A stretch of DNA of 63,999 nucleotides, counting the filler, from Candidatus Babelota bacterium (GTDB taxonomy: Bacteria; JAGOBX01), in NCBI GenBank assembly GCA_017999075.1. It is 11 parts of 11 records of this genome, joined end to end, with 100 filler letters (N's around TTAATTAATTAA, not from the genome) between each part and the next. Parts side by side here need not be neighbours in the genome. Positions count along the whole stretch, not along the records: positions 41,824 to 47,644 come from JAGOBX010000255.1; positions 47,745 to 53,541 come from JAGOBX010000256.1; 9 more parts are not named here. One strand, written 5' to 3'. Below the pieces are notes generated by a model. It did not search any database and was not told where the DNA came from. It saw only the letters and a program-made list of their open reading frames with translations. Position numbers and translations under genes: made by a program. Shown here in pieces: positions 42,019-51,171 of the stretch (position 1 is the stretch's first letter; each line of letters opens with the position of its first letter).

Positions 42019-42201
42019 ATGTTTTTATATGAAAATTACGGGGATTTGTATTATAAACTTAAAAATAAAAAAGCAGCTTTAAAAAGTTATGAGGAAAGTT
42101 TGAAAATAGCAGAAAATCTGGATAATAAAAAAATGATTAAAGTTATTGAAATTAAAATTTCGATGTTGAAAAAAAACGGTCACAAAAATGAAAAAAAATA
42201 A
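42019..42201 (+). CDS. C-terminal fragment of a TPR-like protein
   Basis: YENYGDLYYKL.NKK.ALKSYEESLKIA. The upstream part of the 41863 ORF is antisense GNAT sequence. Confidence 0.55.
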   Translation: MFLYENYGDLYYKLKNKKAALKSYEESLKIAENLDNKKMIKVIEIKISMLKKNGHKNEKK

Positions 42202-43150
42202 AATGACGGTTTTATCTGAAAATAAAAATAAAATAAAAGTTTCTTTTTGGGGAGTGCGCGGTTCTATTCCTTCGCCCGGTCCTAATACTGTAAAGTTCGG
42301 CGGGAATACTTCCTGCGTAAGCATTGAACTTGCTGATAATAAATATATAATTCTTGATGCAGGTTCTGGAATCCGCATTTTCGGGAATAATTTACTTGGC
42401 CGGGGAAAAGCAAGCAACAATAAAATTGATTTGTTTATAACTCATACGCACTGGGATCATATACAAGGATTGCCTTTTTTTGCAACTGCATTTATAAAAG
42501 GAAATAATATACGCGTATTCGGTCCTAAATTATTCGGGCAAAGTCTTGAAAAAGTCATTTCAAATCAGATGGAATATTCATATTTCCCTATAAGATTGAA
42601 AAGTCTTGGGGCAAATATAAATTTTATTGAATTGAATATTGGGAAATACGATAACTTTATTGATGATGTTGAAATTGAAACAATAATGAATAACCATCCT
42701 GTAATTGATATGAGTTATAAGTTTACCTTTAAATCTTCTGGAAAATCATTGGCTTATGTAACTGATTTTGAATTGTATAATTCGGTATATCTGAATTCGG
42801 TTAAAAAAAGTTCTAAAATTAATATTAATAAAATCGGAGAAAAACTTTATTCTGATTTATGTGATTCGTTAAGTGAATTTATTTACGGCGTTGATTTGCT
42901 TATTATGGATTCCGTATATTTAAAAGAAGAATATCACAATAAAATAGGATGGGGTCATTCCTGCTTCGAAGATGTATATAATATCGCCGTTGAATCTAAA
43001 GTTAAAAAACTGTGTTTTTTCCATCACGAACCTAATCGAAAAGATTCGGATTTATCTGATATAGAAAAAAAATTTAAAGACATAAATAAACGCCAAAAAA
43101 ATTTTGAATCAGTGTTCGCCGCAGCCGAAGGTATGGAATTAGTATTGTAA
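42188..43150 (+). CDS. MBL-fold metallo-hydrolase (RNase Z/phosphodiesterase-like)
   Basis: FWGVRGSIP.PG, GGNTSC, DAGSG, THTHWDHIQG, GWGHS and FHHEP motifs. Confidence 0.92.
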   Translation: MKKNKMTVLSENKNKIKVSFWGVRGSIPSPGPNTVKFGGNTSCVSIELADNKYIILDAGSGIRIFGNNLLGRGKASNNKIDLFITHTHWDHIQGLPFFATAFIKGNNIRVFGPKLFGQSLEKVISNQMEYSYFPIRLKSLGANINFIELNIGKYDNFIDDVEIETIMNNHPVIDMSYKFTFKSSGKSLAYVTDFELYNSVYLNSVKKSSKININKIGEKLYSDLCDSLSEFIYGVDLLIMDSVYLKEEYHNKIGWGHSCFEDVYNIAVESKVKKLCFFHHEPNRKDSDLSDIEKKFKDINKRQKNFESVFAAAEGMELVL

Positions 43151-43151
43151 A

Positions 43152-44270
43152 ATGAATATAGGTATTGACATCCGTGAATTAAGTTCAGGCAGCACAGGAA
43201 TCAGCCAGTTTACATTAAATCTTATTAATTATATTATTAAGACTGATAAAACTAACCAGTATTTTTTATTCACCACCAAAAAATTTTTTTTAAAAAATAC
43301 GAGTGATTCTCTGAAAATTGTGGTTTATGAAAAAATTAAAAATAATACACTCTTTGAATTATTTGTTTTGCCGTTTCTCATAAAAAAATATAATATAGAA
43401 TTATTTTTTTCTCCGTATTATAAACTTCCTTTTTTTTCATTTGTTCCGTGCATTATAACTGTTCATGATATAGGTTTCATTACATTTCCTCTTGAATATT
43501 ACGGAAGAACAGGTTTTTACAGGTTTTTTGCTAAGTTTTATCTGTATTTTTCATTGATTAAGAGTAAAAAAATTATAGCAGTATCAAATTATACCAAAAA
43601 TGAAATTATAAAAAAGTATAAAGTTAAAGAATCTAAAATAAGTATTCTGTATAATTCTATAAATGAGGTTTTTTGCAATGATATACAGAAACAAGTTGAA
43701 CCTGACACTGCTGAAGCTGTTCGGAATTATGGGGATTTTGTTTTAAGCGTTTCTAATTATAAGCCTCATAAGAATATTAAAAATTTAGTGGCTGCATTTT
43801 CAATTATCAGATCTAAAACTAAATTAAATCTTGTTCTTGCAGGACCTAAAAATAAATGGCGGGATGAAGTGAAAGAATATATAAATGACTGCGGAATTAA
43901 TGATAGAATTTTTTTTGTTACACCTGCCGGTAATAATGAATTGAAATTGTTATATTCTTCAGCCAGAATGCTTGTACATCCAAGTTTGCATGAAGGGTTC
44001 GGATTGCCTCCTGTGGAAGCTCAGGCTTGCGGAACGCCGGTAATTTCTTCTGACAGAACTTCTTTGAAAGAAATTTTAAATGATGCATGTTTATATTTTA
44101 ATCCTGAATCTGCTGAAGATATAGGAAATAAAATTTTAAAGTTGAATGACAATGAATCTTTGAGAAATGAACTAATAGATAAAGGATTTGAAAATGTTAA
44201 ACGGTTTTATCCTGAACAATCGTATTATGAATTATACGATATTTTATGTTCTTCAGTGGAGAAATTCTGA
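43152..44270 (+). CDS. Glycosyltransferase family 4 (GT-B)
   Basis: TVHD, PHKN and PSLHEGFGLPPVEAQACGTPV motifs. Confidence 0.92.
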   Translation: MNIGIDIRELSSGSTGISQFTLNLINYIIKTDKTNQYFLFTTKKFFLKNTSDSLKIVVYEKIKNNTLFELFVLPFLIKKYNIELFFSPYYKLPFFSFVPCIITVHDIGFITFPLEYYGRTGFYRFFAKFYLYFSLIKSKKIIAVSNYTKNEIIKKYKVKESKISILYNSINEVFCNDIQKQVEPDTAEAVRNYGDFVLSVSNYKPHKNIKNLVAAFSIIRSKTKLNLVLAGPKNKWRDEVKEYINDCGINDRIFFVTPAGNNELKLLYSSARMLVHPSLHEGFGLPPVEAQACGTPVISSDRTSLKEILNDACLYFNPESAEDIGNKILKLNDNESLRNELIDKGFENVKRFYPEQSYYELYDILCSSVEKF

Positions 44271-44272
44271 TA

Positions 44273-45277
44273 ATGAGGATTTTAATTGTTCTGCCTGGCG
44301 GTATTGGAAATGCTGTTATGTTCACTCCTGCATTTGCCACTTTAATTAATTCGTTCGGAAATTCTGAATTTTATATGATGACAAGCGAATTGGGCGCCAA
44401 TCTTGTTTTTGAGCCTTCTCTTAAAATAAAAAAATTTTTTTATTACAATCATAATTCAAAATTGTCTTTTATTAAAAGTTTGATGGAAATTCTGTTGTTT
44501 TATAAGTTTGATATTTTTATTTCTTCAATGGGAATAAATCCTTTAAAATCCGGAATTTTATCAATATTTTCAAAATCTGGTATCCGTTGCGGTGAAGACA
44601 GTTTTTTATTTAATAGAAAAATTAAATCTGATTCAGAGCTTCATGAAGTTGAACGTAATTTAAACATTGTAAAACAGATATGTCCTGAAAATAAAATTGA
44701 AAAGTCATTGCGGTTTTATTTTACTGAACAGGACAGAATTTTTGCAGATAAAATTTTGGAAGAACATAAAATTGATAAAACAAGACATAAGATTATTGGA
44801 GCGCATATCGGGTCAAATGATTTTCTTGCTGCAAAAAGATGGAGTATAGATAATTTTAAAAAAATATTTTTGAAATTGGCAGAAAAATATCCTGAATTGA
44901 AAATAATTTTGTTTGGCGGGAAAAATGAGATTGAATACACATCTCGAATTTCAGGAGATTATATAATTAATTTAACAGGTAAAACCACATTGCAGACAGC
45001 AGGACTTATTATAAAAAAATGTTCGGCGTTTGTTTCAAATGACAGCGGACTGATGCATATAGCCGCTTCTGTTGATATTCCGGTTATTGCGCTTTTCGGG
45101 CCGACTATAATATCCAAAAATAAGCCGTATTCATCAAAATCGCATGTGATTTTTTCTGATGTTGAATGCCGGCCGTGTTACAAATATAACCGGAAAATAC
45201 AATGTTTGAAAAATTTTAAATGCATGTCGGAAATATCCGTTGATCGTGTTTTTGAAGTTTTGGAAAAAATAATCTGA
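44273..45277 (+). CDS. Glycosyltransferase family 9 (heptosyltransferase-like)
   Basis: GGIGNAVM, KRW, NLTGKTTL, SNDSGLMHIAA, ALFGPT and C.PC motifs. The likely start is 44273. Confidence 0.9.
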   Translation: MRILIVLPGGIGNAVMFTPAFATLINSFGNSEFYMMTSELGANLVFEPSLKIKKFFYYNHNSKLSFIKSLMEILLFYKFDIFISSMGINPLKSGILSIFSKSGIRCGEDSFLFNRKIKSDSELHEVERNLNIVKQICPENKIEKSLRFYFTEQDRIFADKILEEHKIDKTRHKIIGAHIGSNDFLAAKRWSIDNFKKIFLKLAEKYPELKIILFGGKNEIEYTSRISGDYIINLTGKTTLQTAGLIIKKCSAFVSNDSGLMHIAASVDIPVIALFGPTIISKNKPYSSKSHVIFSDVECRPCYKYNRKIQCLKNFKCMSEISVDRVFEVLEKII

Positions 45278-45284
45278 TTTTTTA

Positions 45285-46361
45285 TTAAATAAAATTTTGA
45301 TGAGAATCAGGATTTTTTAATTGCCATAGATATTTATTTATGTTATCAAGTCTGCATGTTGGTCTGCAATTGTTTTTATTCATTAATTCAAAATCATTGT
45401 TGATAAGTTCAATTACATTTTTTCTTGTTTTTCCATTCCAGATTTCTTTGAATGAATTTGAATAAACATTGCCGTAACTGTAAATCTTATTTCCGAAGAC
45501 TGAGAGGCATGGATAAATCTCCCCGTCTTCACGAAGAAAAGAAATAAAACTCAAACCGTAACATTTATGATATTTTCGTTTGCTGAAAAATAAATTATAG
45601 AAGGTATCTTTTCTGAATACGACTTTAAAAGAGTTTGAATTTAATACTGAAAGCTGGCTATCAAGTTCTTCGATTAATTCAGGGGTTATTTCTGACGTAG
45701 AACAATTTTGCAGGCTTGACTTGTGCATATTAAAAGGTTTTATGCTGAAATAGTCTACACCTAATTTTTTAAGAAGTTTTGAGGTTTTAACAACTTCATC
45801 TTTGTTTTTGTCTAATAAAAGAAATTGTGAACCTATAGTTACTTTAAGTCTTTTATCTTTTTTTTGTTTTACAGCGAATTCGATATTTTTTATCACATCA
45901 TAAAAATCGTTTTTTTGAGAAATATGAATACTGCCGTATGTTTCAGAGGTTCCGGCATCAATACTCACGCGCATCCATGTGAGTGAATGGAGGCATTCTT
46001 TTATTTTTTCAGGGGTAAATAATGCCATATTCGTATTGACCGCAACATCTATGTTTTTTTTTGCTGTATAATTTATAATTTTTGTGATATCTCTGTGAAT
46101 AAATGGTTCGCCTGCGCCTGCATATAATATGCTTTTTATGCCGCATTCGGAAAGTTCATCCAGCAAAGTCAGAGCACGTTCGGTATCAAGAAAATTTTTT
46201 TTATCGTTTCTGCAGAAATCAAGCGCGCAGAAAATACATGAATGATTGCATGCGTTTGACGGGGAAATTTCCAAATACAACGGATATGTTTTTAACTCAT
46301 CAGTCAACCATTCTGAAACACGTTGCGGATGATAATGTAACTTATGTCCATCTATATTCAT
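45285..46361 (-). CDS. Radical SAM protein with SPASM/twitch domain
   Basis: CNHSCIFC, GAGEP, C...DG.IYPC and C..TCR motifs. Confidence 0.9.
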   Translation of the reverse strand: MNIDGHKLHYHPQRVSEWLTDELKTYPLYLEISPSNACNHSCIFCALDFCRNDKKNFLDTERALTLLDELSECGIKSILYAGAGEPFIHRDITKIINYTAKKNIDVAVNTNMALFTPEKIKECLHSLTWMRVSIDAGTSETYGSIHISQKNDFYDVIKNIEFAVKQKKDKRLKVTIGSQFLLLDKNKDEVVKTSKLLKKLGVDYFSIKPFNMHKSSLQNCSTSEITPELIEELDSQLSVLNSNSFKVVFRKDTFYNLFFSKRKYHKCYGLSFISFLREDGEIYPCLSVFGNKIYSYGNVYSNSFKEIWNGKTRKNVIELINNDFELMNKNNCRPTCRLDNINKYLWQLKNPDSHQNFI

Positions 46362-46446
46362 AATTTTATTTTTAAATCTGAAACATTTAGTTAATAAATG
46401 GGAAAATCACTTTTCAGAATATAACAGTTTTATTTCGGAGAAAAAA

Positions 46447-47544
46447 TCAGCAGCAACTGCATTTTTTTGTTAAAAATCTGTTTCTGAATGTTTCCCATAT
46501 GGTTTCAAAAATTACAGATAAATCCCAGTTTATCATAGCTGATGTGTTGATCATAGAAGGAATGTAACATGAATAACACGGTTTATTTTCCAAATTTTTG
46601 AATGCTTCATCAAAACCGCAGTCTTTAATTGATTTTGCCGGGAAAATATTCTGCAATCCCTGACACGGATATATTTTATAATCTTCATCAATTGCTATTT
46701 CATAATTGCCATATTGGCATTCGATAGGTTTTTGGAAATTTATTTTTTTAAGTCTTTCGAGAGTTGAAAAAATTTCATCGTTTCTGGAAACCCACCTCAT
46801 TGTGTATTTAATTATTTTCGATGTAGTGAAAATAGGATACCCCGCTTTTTTATATTCAAGCAGTTTTTTAAGATAATCAATCATTTGTTCACGCGTTAAA
46901 ACCAAAGATTCGCCTTCTGCTTTTTCTTTTCCGGAAAATAAAAAGTTAATCCCCCACTCAATTTTTTTTTCTTTCATAAATTTTGCCATAAAATCTATAT
47001 CAGTATGAACAAATTTGTGAATGGTAGAGTTTATTCTTACCGGCACAGTATAATTTTTTTTTACTTCGGCAATAGATTCTAAAACTTTGTCAAAAGAACC
47101 TTTTCCTCTTACTCTGTCATTACCTTCGCGGTTTCCGTCAAGAGAAAAACAGATATTGTCCATTAAATCTAATTCCGGAATTTTTCTTATTTTTTCAGGT
47201 AGTGAACCGTTTGTTACAAGAGCTGTAATAATTTTTTTATCATATAAATATTTAATCATTTTACCGAGTTCGGGATGAAGAAGCGGTTCGCCGCCCTGTA
47301 TTAAGATATATTTTATGCCTTTTTTAATAAGAAGATCTGTCAATTCTTTAAAATCATCAAATGTTATATTTCTGGGAGGTCTATGCGCATATTTTCCAAA
47401 ACAATAAGAACAATTCAGATTGCATGAACTGTTAATAACAAGGTTAACATAAAAAGGATATTTTTTTTTGCGAAATGCTTTTATTGAAAGCATACCGCAT
47501 AATAAACGTCCGCGATCATAAAACCTTTTTAAATTTGAACTCAT
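46447..47544 (-). CDS. Radical SAM protein (SPASM/twitch-like C-terminus)
   Basis: CNLNCSYC, GGEPLL, SLDG...ND.VRG.GSF, C...IYPC and CYSC motifs. Ends in KKCSCC. Confidence 0.9.
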   Translation of the reverse strand: MSSNLKRFYDRGRLLCGMLSIKAFRKKKYPFYVNLVINSSCNLNCSYCFGKYAHRPPRNITFDDFKELTDLLIKKGIKYILIQGGEPLLHPELGKMIKYLYDKKIITALVTNGSLPEKIRKIPELDLMDNICFSLDGNREGNDRVRGKGSFDKVLESIAEVKKNYTVPVRINSTIHKFVHTDIDFMAKFMKEKKIEWGINFLFSGKEKAEGESLVLTREQMIDYLKKLLEYKKAGYPIFTTSKIIKYTMRWVSRNDEIFSTLERLKKINFQKPIECQYGNYEIAIDEDYKIYPCQGLQNIFPAKSIKDCGFDEAFKNLENKPCYSCYIPSMINTSAMINWDLSVIFETIWETFRNRFLTKKCSCC

Positions 47545-47744
47545 TATTTTATTATATCGAAAAAAAAAAAATATTAAATATAAAAAAAATATATTTAAAA
47601 AATATTTTTTATTTAATAATAGGTATTTTAATAAAAATAAAAAANNNNNNNNNNNNNNNNNNNNNNNNNNNNNNNNNNNNNNNNNNNNTTAATTAATTAA
47701 NNNNNNNNNNNNNNNNNNNNNNNNNNNNNNNNNNNNNNNNNNNN

Positions 47745-48176
47745 ATAAATCAGTTTTATAATACAAATAAAAGCCTAAAAAACTTAAAGTTTAAAACTTT
47801 AAACGAAAATCAATTTGATATAAATAATTTAAAAGGCAAATATGTTTTAGTAGATTTTTGGGCAACATGGTGTCCTCCATGCGTTGAAGAAATTCCAAAT
47901 CTTGCGAGTTTATATCAGAAATACAAGTCATCGGGATTTGAAATAATAGGCATATCACTTGACACAAACCAGGATGTTCTAAAAAAATTTATATCAAAAA
48001 ACAATATTAAATGGGAAAACTATTTTGACGGCAAAGCATGGGAAAATCCAATAGCAAGATCAAACATGATATCAAGCGTGCCGTCAACTTTTTTACTTGA
48101 TAAAAACGGCAACGTATTATATTCTAATTTGCGCGGTTTTTTATTAGCCGAGATTCTTGAAGAGTTACTATTTTAA
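47745..48176 (+). CDS. TlpA/ResA-family thioredoxin-like protein, 5' partial
   Basis: Not in the ORF track. Manual translation: ...LKGKYVLVDFWATWCPPCVEEIPNL...GFEIIGISLD...VPSTFLLDKNG...LRG...LEELLF*. Confidence 0.9.
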   Translation: MNQFYNTNKSLKNLKFKTLNENQFDINNLKGKYVLVDFWATWCPPCVEEIPNLASLYQKYKSSGFEIIGISLDTNQDVLKKFISKNNIKWENYFDGKAWENPIARSNMISSVPSTFLLDKNGNVLYSNLRGFLLAEILEELLF

Positions 48177-48182
48177 ATATTC

Positions 48183-48605
48183 ATGAAAATAACTATAGAT
48201 TGCCCTGTATGCAGGCAGAAATTACGAATACCTTTGACAAAAGGCAAGCTTAAAATCACTTGCCCAAGATGTGCTGCTATATTTTTTTATGAATTCAGAA
48301 TTCCTAATATTTTAAAAAATTTAAAAAATTTTTTTTCAGAAGCATTCAAAAAGCCTGATACTAAATTTTCACATTCTACAGTTAACTATACTGATTTTAA
48401 AGCGTCGCGGCAGATAGGAAAATTATTTTTAATATGGATTTTAGTTTTAATAGGTTTTTTTCTTGCATCAGTATTTTTAAAACATCTAAACGATAAAAAT
48501 CTTATAGCGAAATATAACATCCAAAAATCAGATGAAACACCGGCGCAGCCTTATAACGATTTTAACGAGGATTCGGATAATGACAACAAAAAACATAATA
48601 TTTGA
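48183..48605 (+). CDS. Zinc-ribbon membrane protein
   Basis: CPVCRQKLRIP...ITCPRC plus one TM helix. Confidence 0.7.
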   Translation: MKITIDCPVCRQKLRIPLTKGKLKITCPRCAAIFFYEFRIPNILKNLKNFFSEAFKKPDTKFSHSTVNYTDFKASRQIGKLFLIWILVLIGFFLASVFLKHLNDKNLIAKYNIQKSDETPAQPYNDFNEDSDNDNKKHNI

Positions 48606-49275
48606 TCTTGACGATACCATAGTTAAAACTACACAGCATTACATCAACACTGAACAATATTTTGCAGATTTATTCAAACCATTCAATATTATACCAAGAG
48701 AAGAAATTCTCGAACTTATAAAAACAGCGGATTTAAAACTGCTTGAAGAATTCAAATACGGATATCACTGGTATCAGCAGGGTCTTGAATCTGTGTATGA
48801 AAAACTTTCTGAAAAATATAATATACAGATAAGCAATTTAAAACACCTGCTGAATTCAAAAATAGTTTCTGAATTTCAAAAAGCTCCGATAGAATTATGG
48901 GATAATGCCATTGATATACTTAATTTTTTTAAAGCTAAAAACCATAATATGTTTATAATGACATTAGGAGAACACAGCATACAGATGGATAAAATAGTAC
49001 GTGCTGACATAAAACATTTTTTCAAAAAAATATTCATCGTATCCAAAAAGGATGACAATGATTTTAATAATGTAATTAAATCATCAGGATTAATACCTTC
49101 AGAATCTTATTTCGTGGGAAATTCCATTGCAAGCGATATGATACCTGCAAAAAAAGCAGGATTCAATTGTATTTTATACGATAAACACACGACTTTTTAC
49201 GGAATACAAATCAATATTCCTGACGGAGTGACAATTATCAACGACTTATCAGAACTAAAAAAAATAATTCTATAA
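48580..49275 (+). CDS. HAD-superfamily hydrolase
   Basis: IIFDLDDT and VGNSIASD..PA..AG motifs. The ATG at 48580 has a GAGG RBS. Confidence 0.88.
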   Translation: MTTKNIIFDLDDTIVKTTQHYINTEQYFADLFKPFNIIPREEILELIKTADLKLLEEFKYGYHWYQQGLESVYEKLSEKYNIQISNLKHLLNSKIVSEFQKAPIELWDNAIDILNFFKAKNHNMFIMTLGEHSIQMDKIVRADIKHFFKKIFIVSKKDDNDFNNVIKSSGLIPSESYFVGNSIASDMIPAKKAGFNCILYDKHTTFYGIQINIPDGVTIINDLSELKKIIL

Positions 49276-49292
49276 TATAATTATTTTTATAT

Positions 49293-50366
49293 ATGAATTT
49301 ATTCAAATGGATTTTTTATAATTTTTCACCAAAATACCAGTATATTGATTTTTCAAAAATAAATTCTGTACTTATTATAAGAAATGATCATATAGGAGAT
49401 GTTTGTTTAAGCATTCCTTTTATTCATTTATTAAAACAAACGCACAAACATATAAAAACAGACGTGTTAACCGGAGAATATACTTATGAAATATTATCAG
49501 GCAACCCTTATATTGATAATATAATAATTCAGAACAAAACAGACAAAATAAATGATATTATAAAAAAAGCAGGAACTTATGACATAGTTTTCAACCTATG
49601 TTCGTCAAAATTCAATGCAGTTTTAACAAGAAAAATTCCTGCAAAAATTAAAATCGGATATGCTTATAAAATTTATAATATATTTTCATTCAACCGATTT
49701 GTTTATATTCACAGAAAAAACCCGCCAATCCACGAAACTGAATTTTGTTTTGAATTCTTAAAAAGTCTCGGTTTTACCGGAAACACAAAAAAAGCCGTTG
49801 AATCTTCGGAAATATTCATTGACGAAAAAAGTAAAGCCGTTTCAGACCGTTTGTTCATAAAAATGAATTTTGATCAATCAAAAAAAATAATCGGAATTCA
49901 TTCAGGAGACAGCAAATCCGCATTTAACTGGAAGCTTGATAAATACATAGAACTGGGAGAATCATTGTCAAAAAAATATAATATTGTTTTTATTTTCGGA
50001 CCTCAGGAAACATCTGCATTAAATAATTTTACCGATTCACAAAAAATAAAATTTAGGTTTATAGAAGGCAATTTAAAACTCAAAGAATTAGCGTATTTTA
50101 TTTCCAAAATTGATTGTCTGGTTTCAGGAAGCACAGGTCCTATGCATATAGCTGGACTTATGAGAACTCCTACTGTGAGTTTATTTTCCAACAAACCTTC
50201 TCACAGTTATTTAAAATGGCATCCTTTAAATAACAATTTTAAAATCATAGAACCTGAAATCAATTATTCAAAAAAAAATAAATATAATATTATGGATTCC
50301 ATAACTGTTGAAAAAACAATAAAAGAAATACTCTGCTTTGAAATGATTAGTTTAGGAACATCTTAA
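49293..50366 (+). CDS. Glycosyltransferase family 9 (heptosyltransferase-like)
   Basis: IRNDHIGDV, IHSG...NW and SGSTGPMHIA motifs. The last ~12 codons and the stop come from the MITE-like element. Confidence 0.88.
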   Translation: MNLFKWIFYNFSPKYQYIDFSKINSVLIIRNDHIGDVCLSIPFIHLLKQTHKHIKTDVLTGEYTYEILSGNPYIDNIIIQNKTDKINDIIKKAGTYDIVFNLCSSKFNAVLTRKIPAKIKIGYAYKIYNIFSFNRFVYIHRKNPPIHETEFCFEFLKSLGFTGNTKKAVESSEIFIDEKSKAVSDRLFIKMNFDQSKKIIGIHSGDSKSAFNWKLDKYIELGESLSKKYNIVFIFGPQETSALNNFTDSQKIKFRFIEGNLKLKELAYFISKIDCLVSGSTGPMHIAGLMRTPTVSLFSNKPSHSYLKWHPLNNNFKIIEPEINYSKKNKYNIMDSITVEKTIKEILCFEMISLGTS

Positions 50367-50432
50367 TTAATAATCAATAAAAATACGGGAAATAATTTTA
50401 TTTTGTAAACTAATCATTTCAAAGCACAATAT
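50328..50432. mobile_element. MITE-like inverted-repeat element, copy 2
   Basis: Perfect 21-bp inverted repeat: TGCTTTGAAATGATTAGTTTA (50334-50354) and TAAACTAATCATTTCAAAGCA (50406-50426). It extends to 27 bp with 2 mismatches, and the interior is shared with copy 1. Confidence 0.75.
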
Positions 50433-50442
50433 CTAATTTTAT

Positions 50443-51171
50443 ATGAAAAAAAAAGACCGTCAAAAGATTTATATTCAAAATTCAGCTGATTACGAAAAAC
50501 TTGTTGAAAAAGAGGATTATCTGAATAATATAGAAAAAATAATTTCAGAAATAACAGATTATTCAAACAAGAAAATAATTGATTCCGGTTGCGGAACAGG
50601 AAGATTATCTTTCATCCTATCAAGGAAAGCCTCGAAAATTCAAGGGTTCGATGTAATTGAAAACATGATTGAAACAGCCGAAAAAAAAGCATCAAGGCTG
50701 AACATAAAAAACTGCAGTTTCAAAATTGCCGATCACAGGAATTTACCCGTTGAATCAAAAAGTATTGATTTGGTTGTTTCAGGATGGTCCATTTGCCATC
50801 TTGTAAAATGGAACTGGAAAAATTGGAAAAATGAATTATTAAAAGCAATTGAAGAATTCAAAAGAACATTAAAAAAAAATGGGGCAATAATAATTCTGGA
50901 AACTTTAGGCACAGGGCAAAAACATCCTGAACCTCCGGATAAAAAACTTCAGACATATTATGATTTTCTAGAAAAAAAATTGAATTTCAAAAAAAACATT
51001 ATTAAAACAGACTACAGGTTCAATAATATTGAAGAATACAGAGATACTATGATTTTATTTTTCGGGAAAGACACAATAAAAAAAATAGAAACCGAAAAAA
51101 CATTGTTTTTTGACAACAAAAAAAATGTAATAATACCTGAATGGACCGGAGTGTGGAATTTTCAAAGCTGA
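50443..51171 (+). CDS. Class I SAM-dependent methyltransferase
   Basis: IIDSGCGTGR, ADHRNLP...SIDLV.SGW and IILETLGTG motifs. Confidence 0.88.
   Translation: MKKKDRQKIYIQNSADYEKLVEKEDYLNNIEKIISEITDYSNKKIIDSGCGTGRLSFILSRKASKIQGFDVIENMIETAEKKASRLNIKNCSFKIADHRNLPVESKSIDLVVSGWSICHLVKWNWKNWKNELLKAIEEFKRTLKKNGAIIILETLGTGQKHPEPPDKKLQTYYDFLEKKLNFKKNIIKTDYRFNNIEEYRDTMILFFGKDTIKKIETEKTLFFDNKKNVIIPEWTGVWNFQS

Noticed and set aside
47475-47644. AT-rich ORF running into the linker
   Set aside because: It is low-complexity upstream sequence of the radical SAM gene with no coding signal.
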